The notes beneath the pieces were generated by a model. It was not told the DNA's origin. It made no database searches and saw nothing but the letters and a program-made list of their open reading frames with translations. A stretch of 63,017 bases of DNA, the filler included, from Octopus bimaculoides (lineage: Eukaryota): assembly GCF_001194135.2 (NCBI RefSeq). It is 4 parts of 4 records of this genome, joined end to end, with 100 filler letters (N's around TTAATTAATTAA, not from the genome) between each part and the next. Parts side by side here need not be neighbours in the genome. Positions count along the whole stretch, not along the records: positions 1 to 20,776 come from NC_069010.1; positions 20,877 to 35,081 come from NC_068984.1; 2 more parts are not named here. One strand, 5' to 3'. Position numbers and translations under genes: made by a program. Of the stretch, positions 10,573 to 21,338 are shown one piece after another (position 1 is the stretch's first letter; each line of letters starts with the position of its first letter).

Positions 10573-12983
10573 GTTTAACGTCCGCTTTCCATGCTAGCAT
10601 GGTTTGGACGATTTGACTGAGGACTGGTGAAACCGGATGGCAACACCAGGCTCCAATCTGATTTGGCAGAGTTTCTACAGCTGGATGCCCTTCCTAACGC
10701 CAACCACTCAGAGAGTGTAGTGGGTGCTTTTACGTGTCACCCGAACGAAGGCCAGTCAGGTGGTACTGGCAACGGCCACGCTCAAAATGGTGTATTTTAC
10801 GTGTCACCCGCACAACAGCCAGTCCAGGGGCACTGGCAACGATCTCGCTCGAAAATCCTACGAAGGCCAGGATTTTCGAGCGAGATCGTTGCCAGTGCCC
10901 CTGGACTGGCTCTGTTTGAAAGTTTTTACCTAATCAGAACAGCAACAATACCTTTACCATGCCTCGTTTTTATTCGCATAGGTTTTTTTTATTAATTATA
11001 ATTAATTTTTTTAAATCACAGGAAGTCATAGATGTTTCTGCCTGTGGTTGTGGAGAGAAGTTCCAGTCTGTGATTGTCTCTCCCGAATTTGCTGGTAAAT
11101 CTTTATTGAGTCAACACAGGTGAGTCTGTTTGTCTTCTGAATTTGCATAATTAACAAATGAGTAGAGCTAGTATTTCATTTGGCAGGCCGCAGGAGAGCC
11201 TGTAGAAAAAAAACAGACACACGATCGTTTATCTCCTTTATACAAACATCTTTTTTTGTCTGCGTTTTTGTTCACTCTTTCTCTTTCCATCTCTGGTCAG
11301 GTAACCAGGTATTTCCTCTGCAGCAACACACCTGTTTCTGTCTCTCTGTCACACTCTAACCTTTCGTCATCTGACGCAAGATCACCTCCTCTAATGCCCT
11401 TTCCCCTCTCAAAAAATTCCTTGTCTTGCAGGAAAGCCATTCAATGTTAGAAACCATACCAAAGCAGGTTTTGGAACATGATGCTGTCCTCTTAATTCAT
11501 CAGATCCTATCAAACCATCCAGCATTTTAAGCATGGAAGCTGGACATTGCACAATGATAATGATGCTGACATATACTCCATACTCTTTTACTTGTTTCAG
11601 TCATTTGACTGTGGCCTTGCTAGAGCACCGCCGTTTAGTCGAGCGAATCGACCCGAGGACTTATTCTCTGTAAGCCTAGTACTTATTCTATCGGTTCTCT
11701 TTTGCTGAACCGCTAAGTTACGGGGACCTAAACACACCAGCATCGGTTGTCAAGCGATGTTGGGTGGGGACAAACACAGACACACAAACATATACACACA
11801 CATACATACATACATGTAAATATTTTTGTTGAAATAATTGTAATACGGTAAGAGTTGCTTCCCTTAAAGCTATTCCCTTAAGTTCTTTGTTATTCGACAA
11901 AATGAAAACGTATTTTGAATGCTGGTGGAACACCAAAATTAACTATTATTTTATAAAAACTCACATTGAGGGTTTCTTCTAAATTACATGTCATTACTCG
12001 TCTGGGAAAGACACACGCCCCCGCTCATTTTCTCCTCAATTTTTTTTTTTTTNNNNNNNNNNNNNNNNNNNNNNNNNNNNNNNNNNNNNNNNNNNNNNNN
12101 NNNNNNNNNNNNNNNNNNNNNNNNNNNNNNNNNNNNNNNNNNNNNNNNNNNNNNNNNNNNNNNNNNNNNNNNNTTGCAGATTCGTATTCTCCGTAGCTGA
12201 AAACGGGGGTTTGTGTAGAAAAAAAAAAATTAAATTAAAAAAAAGGGCTGTTTTGGTGGTGGGGTACAATATGCCCATGCGCATATGGCGTAGTGGTTAA
12301 GAGCGCAGGCTACTAACCCCAAGATTCCGAGTTCACTTCCAGGCAGTGATCTGATCAATAATAATAATAATACTATTTTTCGATGTCATTATAATAAGAA
12401 TCATGATAATAATAATAATAGCGAAAAATACCTTAGGAATACCCAGGTTCGAAATTTCCCCAAGACACCTGATGAAGGCTGGATGGTATATCAGCCGAAA
12501 CGTTGTGTTAACAACAAACAAGATGAGGACAAATATCCATCGAATGTAAATAATGTACATAATTCCTCATCTCTTAAATATAGAACTGTATTCTTTTATG
12601 ATGTGATTCTTTATTTTTTTTACAAAGACATTGTAGAGTATGTGTGAGAGGCCATATCTGGCCAGTTTGAAGATCAAACTGGAAGAATATTTTGGCCAGA
12701 TATGGCTGGTTTCAGCTCTCAGGGTCAATTATATGTGACATCAATAGTTCTTTATAATATTAGAACTACCTCTGGACTTTGTCACCCAACAATCATTTCT
12801 ACACCCACCATTATTTATTTATTTATACATTTATTTTATTGTTTCTGTTCCTTTTTTTTCTTTTTCAGATTGGTTAATTCCATTCTAAAAGAAGAGCTGA
12901 AAGTAATCCACGCCTTCCAAATGAAAACCATGACCCCTGAACAATGGGACCAGAAGCAAAATGAGGTGTCTGCGACTAGCTGA
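9056..12983 (+). CDS. BOLA2: BolA-like protein 2, 90 aa; exons join(9056..9115, 11022..11119, 12869..12983)
   Basis: Spliced product MVTKEEIEEKLKDELKTTHLEVIDVSACGCGEKFQSVIVSPEFAGKSLLSQHRLVNSILKEELKVIHAFQMKTMTPEQWDQKQNEVSATS matches the BolA2/Fra2 pattern (Cys loop, F-x-G-K-x-L-L-x-x-H-R-L-V-N, IHA, KT-x-TPEQW). Canonical GTAAGT/GTGAGT donors and CAG acceptors; phases 0 and 2 are compatible. Confidence 0.95.
9260..9505 (-). mobile_element. tRNA-derived SINE family B (GGTTCAGTCCCACTGCGTGGCACCTTGGGCAAGTG; internal microsatellite), representative copy
   Basis: Other copies or halves at about 10215, 11575, 19980, 20460, 28780, 29620, 32400, 37215-37920, 41085-41490, 46130-46610, 52340, 57660 and 62160. 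Many assembly gaps sit in its central (CA/TA)n. Confidence 0.8.
10425..10905 (-). mobile_element. RTE-tail type repeat family C ending in (GAT)n, representative copy
   Basis: Consensus ...GTGGTTGGCGTTAGGAAGGGCATCCAGCTGTAGAAAC...CCATGCTAGCATGGAAAGCGGACGTTAAACGATGATG; other copies at about 105, 2220, 14795, 17780, 18055, 20715, 57563, 59860, 61030 and 61920. Confidence 0.75.
12270..12590 (+). mobile_element. tRNA-headed SINE with hammerhead-bearing (Penelope-like) tail, full copy in BOLA2 intron 2
   Basis: A-box TGGCGTAGTGG and B-box-like GAGTTCACTTCC, then (AAT)n, then GACAC-CTGATGA-A-GGCTG-loop-CAGCC-GAAACGTT-GTGTT, then a hairpin AGATGAGGA...TCCTCATCT. Homologous copies at 18345, 21200 and 60370. 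Confidence 0.8.
12464..12509 (+). ncRNA. Minimal type I hammerhead ribozyme motif (PLE-like, dimer-type)
   Basis: Stem I GACAC/GUGUU, core CUGAUGA plus an extra A, stem II GGCUG/CAGCC, GAAA, palindromic stem III (A)ACGU(U) with no loop, predicted cleavage triplet GUU (after 12504). Fold read by eye; activity untested. Confidence 0.65.
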
Positions 12984-13189
12984 GATTATGACTAATATAA
13001 TATACATATATATATATACATATAATATATATATATACATATAATATATATATATATATATACATATAATACATATATAATATGCATATTATATAATATA
13101 CATATTATATATATATAGTATATATATATATATAATATATATACATACACAATATACATATATATATACTATATACATATATATATACA

Positions 13190-13291
<102 letters not shown>

Positions 13292-13545
13292 TCGATATAC
13301 ATATATATATATACTCAATATACATATATATATATATATATATAGATATATATATATATACACACAATATACATATATATATATACACACAATATACATA
13401 TTGACTACACCTTGTATTCTCTGGAAATGCATATCAAGAACTTAGCATGTCACTAAAACAAAAATATATATATATATAAGCTCATTCTACATACATGCAC
13501 TCACACAGACACCAATGAATTGGTATTTAGGATTTGATTTTCTTC

Positions 13546-13551
13546 AATAAA
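13546..13551 (+). terminator. Candidate polyadenylation signal for BOLA2
   Basis: AATAAA about 560 nt after the stop, followed by a T/GT-rich tract (tttttgtgttgttttt). Not verifiable without transcripts. Confidence 0.35.
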
Positions 13552-14454
13552 TATCTAATTTTTAATATTGCATTTTTTGTGTTGTTTTATTAATTTTGGG
13601 GAAGAAATGTCTTGAAAAAAAAAAACCAATCTTATTTGATTCAACATAAACTTAAGGTATTCTCTGATCTAAATTAGATTTGCTGTTGATGTAAGAATTT
13701 CATAAGCATTCCAGAGAACGTGCAAGAAGTCAGAGGGATGTAAGCACACCAACAGCGGTTGCAAGCCCAGCACTCTAACAACTGAATCATGCGCCTTTGC
13801 GTATGATATATCTACCTATCTTTGTTTGTGTGTGTGTGTGTGTGTTCAAATTCACTTGAAACCAGTGAAATTCCAGTCCTTGAAAGTCTGTCTAACCCCA
13901 CTCACGCCCTCCTCCCCAGTCGAGGCCACAGATTTATAGAACTCATTCCTCTTCAAATGATTATTACACAACACTGCAGCCGCCACCACCATTACAACCA
14001 CATCTGCTGACAGGTTAACAAACTATTGAGAAGTCTTATCTGAAAAATGTCAAGATGTCTGAGTCGGTAAGTATAAATAGTTTATATTTACATATACGTG
14101 TGTGTGTATATATATATATATATATACACACATGTATACATATATATGTATATATATATACATACATATATATATACACACATGTATACATATATATGTA
14201 TATATATATACATACATANNNNNNNNNNNNNNNNNNNNNNNNNNNNNNNNNNNNNNNNNNNNNNNNNNNNNNNNNNNNNNNNNNNNNNNNNNNNNNNNNN
14301 NNNNNNNNNNNNNNNNNNNNNNNNNNNNNNNNNNNNNNNNNNNNNNNNNNNNNNNNNNNNNNNNNNNNNNNNNNNNNNNNNNNNNNNNNNNNNNNNNNNN
14401 NNNNNNNNNNNNNNNNNNNNNNNNNNNNNNNNNNNNNNNNNNNNNNNNNNNNNG

Positions 14455-14790
14455 TTGTTGGCACTCCGTCGCTTACGACGACGAGGGTTCCAGTTGATCC
14501 GATCAATGGAACAGCCTGCTCGTGAAATTAACGTACAAGTGGCTGAGCACTCCACAGACACGTGTACCCTTAACGTAGTTCTCGGGGGATATTCAGCGTG
14601 ACACAGTGTGACAAGGCTGGCCCCTTTGAATTACAGGCACAACAGAAACAGGAAGTAAGAGTGAGAGAAAGTTATGGTGAAAGAGTACAGCAGGGTTCGC
14701 CACCAACCCCTGCCGGAGCCTCGTGGAGCTTTAGGTGTTTTCACTCAATGAACATACACAACGCCCGGTCTGGGAATCGAAACCGCAGAG
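14455..14790 (-). mobile_element. SINE family D copy
   Basis: rc begins GCGGTTTCGATTCCCAGACCGGGCG (B-box-like) and continues through a GC-richer body ending in a short repeat. Confidence 0.5.
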
Positions 14791-15107
14791 TTTCTGCAGA
14801 TCTGATAGAGTTTCTACAGCTGGATGCCCTTCCTAATGCCAACCACTCTAAGAGTGTAGGGGATGCTACGCAACGGAGCGGATTGGTTGCGAAGCAAGCT
14901 TCTTAACTTTACAGACACGACAGTGCATCCTTCCCTTTCTTCTTCAAGACAATACGTGTAACTTGAGAGAAGTTTGGCAGCTAAAATCTAACAAGTTGAA
15001 CACGAAGAGGCCTCTCTGTGTTGTTGTGTAGTCTCAGGTGGGCGCTGATTTAGGAGACTTGTGATTAAGGGAATTCTATGATCGCTGTCTTTTTATCGGG
15101 AATTATA

Positions 15108-15600
15108 AATCGAAGACAACTGTTAAATATATAAGTCACCAATATATTAAGACGGTAGGGTGTGAATCGAAGACGACTCCCTAACATGTCTGCAATACTT
15201 TTTAAGATGGTAGGTTGTGAACCGAGGACGTCTGCTCGACGTATCTGGTCGCCAACATTTTTAAGAGTGCAAGGTGTGAATTGAGGACGATTGTTCGATG
15301 TATCTGTCTCTAATATTTTTTCTTTTTTAACACGGTAAAGTATGAATCGAAGACGACTGTCCAACATATCGGTCTCCAATATTGTCTTAAGACCATAGGA
15401 TATGAATCGAAGACGACTGTCCTACGTATCTGTCACCAGAATTTTTTTGAAGATGGCAGGGTGTGAATCGAAAACGACAATCAAACATATATCTGTCGCC
15501 AACATTATTTTTACGACCGTAGAGTGTGAATCGAGGACGACTATCCAATATTTTATGCCCCCACCATTTTTTCCCTATCTTTTACGACGATAGGGTATAA
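15108..15600. repeat. Degenerate ~60-bp tandem array, 8 units
   Basis: Recurrent core GAATCGAAGACGAC; the linkers are also homologous (..CCAATATT..TTAAGA..GTAGGGTGTG). Confidence 0.8.
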
Positions 15601-15681
15601 ACAGAGAGAAATTTGGCTGTTATTTCTAGCATGCCTGTTAAGCGCATAGACCATAGGAGCGGCCCCGTTGTTAGGATCGTC

Positions 15682-15786
15682 GGTAATTTTTCACATAAAC
15701 ACCCGCACGATTACCTAGCCCTAATCCGAGATCCTGACCCTAACACCCTAGTGGAAATCGTGCGGGTGTTAATCTGAAAAATTACC
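15682..15786. mobile_element. Small MITE-like foldback with a CCCTAA-rich centre
   Basis: GGTAATTTTTCACATAAACACCCGCACGATT ... AATCGTGCGGGTGTTAATCTGAAAAATTACC. Confidence 0.65.
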
Positions 15787-16676
15787 CAATATTTTATGCC
15801 CCCACCATTTTTTTCCTATCTTTTACGACGATCGGCAGGTTGTTAATTGCTGGTGAACGAACACCGGTTCATAAGTCCAAACACCGGTTTCTGGGGAAGG
15901 TTTATAATTTCTGTGCTGCAACCAGCACACACACACTCCATAATAACTTATCTCTCTCTCTTTAGATTCTCTACTTGGTCTCTCTCTCATATCAGAGCCA
16001 GTCCTCTCTTGGTTCTTGTCCTCTCTGTCAACCCCTTCCTGGCTTTAAGCCAGTCCTTGGAGTCTTCCTTCTTGATTTCTTCTTCCAAGCTGTTTTCATC
16101 CCGGGATGTATTACGTTAATAGCTGTATATTTACTGTCTATCAATCCATTTAAACAGATATTTACACCTCTAGATGTCTATAATAATCATAATTTCTCTC
16201 TTCACGTCTATCTATTTACCTATATAAGCTTCTTGAAGCACAACACAACAACATATACACCAGGATTATATTATATATAATATAATATAATATAATATAA
16301 TATCTGTGTTTATTATTTATAGGTGTGTCAGCTATTTTTCTGGATGTTTCTATCGTTTTTTTGTTCCTTCTGTAAATACACAAGAAAAAACGAAATGACA
16401 AAGAATTAGAATTCACAACACAAATCCACATTTATTGCCTACAACACAGACACATACATACGCAGTATTGTATATACATACACACGCACTTTAATAATAC
16501 ACACACACACTTATACATAGTTTACTACACACACACTTATACATATATATACACATACATACACGAACATAAACATACACGCGCACACACACTGATACAT
16601 AGTTTACTACACACAATTTTATACATATATACACGTACAGACACATATACACGCACCCACAAGCGCGCAAACAGCT

Positions 16677-19196
16677 ATGGACGAACAGCTGGTGTGTCAC
16701 CGACGAGCGGATGATGCAGACGATGAGGAATCGAAACCGTCCCCTCAGGACCCCGTTATCAAGAATTGTCTGGAAGATTGGAACGATTTGGAAGAGGAAT
16801 ATGTCGAGCTGGAGGTAAGGACGAAAATCTTCCTTTCTCTTTCTCTCTTTTTACTATTTTGTTAAACCTCCCCTCCGTGTCTGAGGTTTCCAATGTCTAC
16901 CAATTTCTCTTTCTCATTCTCTCTCTCTCTTGTCTCTTTTCAATTGTATGTCTCTCTCTCTTTTCTTACGCCTATCTGTCTTTCCCACCCACGTCTGCTT
17001 CTCCCTCTCTCACCCTTTCTCTTTTCCATTCTCTCCGTCCCCTGTCTGTCTCTCCTTCCCCGTCTGTCCCACTTTTTCCAATCTCTCTCTCCTCATTTCT
17101 CTCTCATCTTCTTTGCCCCTCTCTCTTTCTGATAGTGTGTCTCCCCCTCTCTCCATCGCACAGTCTTCTCTCCACTTCTCTCACTCTCTACAGTCGTCTC
17201 TCTTTTCCTATCCTTCTCAAGATTTCATTCTTATCAACCGAATCATATCCATAACTTATCTATTTCTCTCCGCACGCATCGTATCAAACGCATGCATAAT
17301 ACCAAACACTCGCTATTCCATAAGTACAACGTATACCTTGTTTTATATTGAACACATACGCCTTGTATAAAACACACGCAAGTATCATATTCAACACATA
17401 CATCGTATCAAACAGGTTTTATTACATACACATACATCATATTAAATATACATCGTATTACATGCATATATTTAACGCACACATGGGATTATATATATGT
17501 ATGTATCATATTAAAAACATTACTTGTTAAGATTATTTCTACAGATATCCTATAGAAATTATAGCCAGCATATACATTAACGCACGACCACATAGTTCTT
17601 TAAACATACTTGCATTGTATTGCAGAAATGCATCGCATTAAATATGCATTGTATAACAGCTGCACGAAGTATTACTCATGCGTTGTGCTGCACACATTTT
17701 GAATTATACGTTTTTATTTTAGCCAGATTTTGTATTATACACACATATTGGCATCTCTCGTCTCTGTGTCACTCGTCATCATCTTATTTTAACGTCCGTT
17801 TTCCCATGCCGGTATGGATTGGGCAGAGTTTATCGAGGCAGATGTTCTCTACAGCTGGATGCCCCTCCCTGTTGCCAATCCCCACCTGTTTCCAGCCAAG
17901 ATAATGTTTCCTCGTGACCAGACATGTTCCCATGGAATATTGGAATATGAATGACACTGTTTATATGACGGTGACACCCATTTTACAACTATCGTACAAT
18001 GTTGTGACAAGGTGACACAATGATACACACACATTTAATATATATATACCCACATCGTCATCATCATCGTTTACTAGCATGGGTTGGACGATTTGACTGA
18101 GGACTGGCGAACCAGATGGCAACATCAGGCTCCAATCTGATCTCGTAGAGTTCCTACAGCTGGATGCCCTTCCTAACGCCAACCACTCAGAAAGTGTAGT
18201 GGGTGCCTTTTACGTGCCACTGGCACGAGGGCCAGTCAGGCGGTACTGGTAACGGCCATGCTCAAAATGGTGTTTTATTCAGGTCACTGCCTGGAATCGA
18301 ACTCAGAACCTTGGGGTTAGTAGCCCATGCTCTTAACCGCTGTGCCATATGCCCGTGGGCGTAGCGGGTAAGAGCACGGGCTACTAACCCCAAGATTCCA
18401 AGTTTGATTCCAGGCAGTGACCTGAATAATAATAATAATAATATAATAATAGTAACATCGTTAGGAATGAGAACCCAGGTTTGAAATTTGCCCAAGACAC
18501 CTGATGAAGGCTGGAGGGTATACCAGCCGAAACGTTATGTTAATAACAAACAAGATGAGGACGAATATCCATCAAATGTAAAATAATGTACATAATTCCT
18601 CATCTCTTAAATATAGAATGGTATTAACATTTGATAATTATACAGGGTGTCCACAAAGCCTGGGTACATGGGGATTAACACATACTTCAAGAAATTATTA
18701 TTTCTTATATTTAATTGTTTATATTATGATTTTATTTCCTCCATGTACCCAGACTTTGTGGACACCCTGTATTATCAATCATACAAACTGTTTTGGATAT
18801 TATTTCAGCAAGTTTCAAGTGATTTCATTTGTGCTGTAAACCATTTACCACCTTCCCTTGATGCCCTGACCAGTTGCTTAATGGTTAACCCAGCACTGCG
18901 ATTGGCCTCATCTAAGTTGAAGAATATCACACTGTCCCTGTGTGTATCCAGGAGTATCACATTGTCTCTGATGTAGAATGAGGGGAAGTCTTGGGTGGGC
19001 AGCTATTAAAAGGGGTTAAATATTGTAACTAAAGGTTTAACTTGATCCGTTTTTATATTTTTTCGCTGCCCTTCCAGAGCCTTCATCGTACATATCAGAA
19101 AAAGCTCAATGAAATGGTCAGCCTACAAGACAAGTGCCTCAAACAGATTGCCCATCACAGATATCGGATGAAAACAATTCAGGAAAGCTTAAAACG
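16677..19196 (+). CDS. TMEM120: TMEM120 (TACAN/TMPIT family), 5' partial: exons join(16677..16814, 19078..19196); later exons not found
   Basis: Exon 1 ends ...KNCLEDWNDLEEEYVELE|GTAAGG. Exon 2 SLHRTYQKKLNEMVSLQDKCLKQIAHHRYRMKTIQESLKR|GTGAGT. Both align by eye to the TMEM120A/B N-terminal coiled coil ([33 protein letters not shown]). The true start codon is uncertain, and the gene runs into the scaffold join at 20777. Confidence 0.88.
18345..18620 (+). mobile_element. Same hammerhead-bearing tRNA SINE in TMEM120 intron 1, preceded by an inverted second head (18277..18345)
   Basis: High identity to 12270..12590; hammerhead motif at 18496..18541 (one stem I substitution). Confidence 0.8.
18643..18769. 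mobile_element. Tc1/mariner-type MITE, 127 bp, TA target duplication
   Basis: TA-CAGGGTGTCCACAAAGCCTGGGTACATGG ... CCATGTACCCAGACTTTGTGGACACCCTG-TA: 29-bp TIRs with one mismatch. Confidence 0.85.
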
Positions 19197-19227
19197 GTGA
19201 GTATTAACAGTTAATCCTTTCTACTAT

Positions 19228-19505
19228 AGCAGTGGTTCCCAAACATTTTCGGACTCCTGCCCTCCTTGACCCCCAGGTCACATTCCTAGTGCTCCCACCC
19301 CAAATAACCATCACAAGCATGGACCTCTTTCTGAAGCAAATTCAAAGCAACTGTGTTTCACAAATAAAACTTAACCTAACAAACCCATTATTTTGTTGTT
19401 TTTACATGAATCGTTACCCCATTATTGCCCCACTTTTGACCTGAATCACTACTCCATTATTGCCCCACTTTTTACATGAATCACTACCCTATTATTGCCC
19501 CACTG
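19228..19505 (+). mobile_element. hAT(Charlie)-like non-autonomous fragment with three ~35-bp tandem units
   Basis: Begins CAGTGGTTCCCAAAC; units CCATTATTGCCCCACTTTT..GAATCACTAC at about 19419..19505. Confidence 0.45.
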
Positions 19506-20214
19506 GGAGGGGATGAGTCAATTACATCAAACCCAGTCTTCAACTGCTATTTATTTTATCAACCCTGAAAGGATGGAAAGCAAAGTCGACCTTAGCAGAA
19601 TTTGAACTCAGAACAGAGCGACGGGCGGTAGGCATAAGGCCTGAAATTTATGGGGAAGTTGGTAGTTGATTACATCAACCCCAGTGCTTGTTTCATTGGT
19701 ACTTCATTGGTACCCTGGTACTTATTGCATTGACTCTGAAAGGACGAAAGGCAAAGGTGACCTGCACAGAATTTGCTTTTTGCATGGCATTATCACCAGT
19801 GTTTTTCATGTGTACCAAGGATCACATTATCCAGTGGCCCCTTCCTTTCCAGAGGATAGCATATGCCACTGAATAGGACAAACCTTAGAAGCAGCAAGGA
19901 GAATTTCTGAGCTATACAGCCCTTCGTACACCTCTCTGCAAAATCACCAGTGCAGCCAAGTCACAACCGTGGTCAACCGAATCCACTCACAAGGCCTTGG
20001 TCATTCCGCGAGGCTGTAGTAGGAGAAACTTTCCGAAGGTGCCACGCAGTGGGCCTGAACCTGGAACCATTCGGTTGGGAAGCAAACTTCTTACCACCAC
20101 AACAATGCCTGTTTTATAGATGATGCTGCTTGTACTGTTAACATGAAAACACTTTGCCCTTGTAAACTGCATCTTTGAGAGCAAGAAAAGAAATATATAT
20201 ATAAATATATATAC

Positions 20215-20249
<35 letters not shown>

Positions 20250-20776
20250 NNNNNNNNNNNNNNNNNNNNNNNNNNNNNNNNNNNNNNNNNNNNNNNNNNN
20301 NNNNNNNNNNNNNNNNNNNNNNNNNNNNNNNNNNNNNNNNNNNNNNNNNNNNNNNNNNNNNNNNNNNNNNNNNNNNNNNNNNNNNNNNNNNNNNNNNNNN
20401 NNNNNNNNNNNNNNNNNNTATATATGTATGTGTGCATGGATATATGTGTGTATGCATGCATATATATATGTAACTTAGCGGTTCGGCAAAAAAGAGACCG
20501 ATAGAATAAGTACCAGGCTTACAAAAGAATAAGTCCTGGGGTGGATTTGTTCAACTAAAGGCGGTGCTCCAGCATGGCCACAGTCGAATGACTGAAACAA
20601 ATAAAATAAAAAACAGAATTATGTATGCACATACATATAAATGTATGTGTATGCATGTTTGCATGTATGCATATATATATATATGTATATATGCGTGCAT
20701 ATATGCACATATATCATCATCATCATCATCATCATCGTTTAACGTCCGCTTTCCATGCTAGCATGGGTTGGACGAT

Positions 20777-20876
20777 NNNNNNNNNNNNNNNNNNNNNNNN
20801 NNNNNNNNNNNNNNNNNNNNTTAATTAATTAANNNNNNNNNNNNNNNNNNNNNNNNNNNNNNNNNNNNNNNNNNNN
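20777..20876. other. Artificial scaffold-join spacer (44 N + TTAATTAATTAA + 44 N)
   Basis: Exactly 100 nt; the palindromic 12-mer has stops in all six frames; identical structure at 35082 and 57463. Confidence 0.95.
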
Positions 20877-21127
20877 AATTCCTATCATAGTAGGTGCCTT
20901 AGGTATAATAAAAAATATTCAGACAAATACATAACAAAAACACCAGGACTTACAAATATATATAACATACAGAAAATTGCATTACTGGGCACTGCACACA
21001 TCCTACTCAAAACACTTTCAATACAGTAACCATAAGAGCATCACAGCAAACCACCACATGCCCAAGGCACACAGAGCTGCGTTCGGTAGTGAAGTGAAAG
21101 CACGTTATAAAAATAAAACTACTGAAC

Positions 21128-21189
<62 letters not shown>

Positions 21190-21199
21190 TCAAAACACA

Positions 21200-21338
21200 C
21201 CAGTGGAATGAGAACCTAGGTTCGAAACTTCCCCAAGACACCTGATGAAGGCTGAAGGTATATCAGTCGAAACGTTGTGTTAACAACAAACAAGATGAGG
21301 ACAAATAACCGTCAAATGTAAATAATGTAAATAATGTA
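21200..21338 (+). mobile_element. Headless copy of the hammerhead-bearing SINE tail
   Basis: GAGAACCTAGGTTCG...GACACCTGATGAAGGCTG...CAGTCGAAACGTTGTGTT...; motif at 21237..21281, with a stem II change that keeps a G-U pair. Confidence 0.75.

Noticed and set aside
12281-12350. tRNA gene (Ser/Arg-like)
   Set aside because: The acceptor stem is incomplete, there is no oligo-T terminator, and it is fused to a repeated tail; it is a SINE head.
15108-15600. CRISPR array
   Set aside because: The spacers are homologous to each other, the repeats are degenerate, there are no cas genes, and the context is eukaryotic.
15960-16135. Minus-strand charged peptide (RNTSRDENSLEEEIKKEDSKDWLKARKG...)
   Set aside because: Stop-bounded without usable splice sites in that frame; purine-rich low complexity explains the composition.
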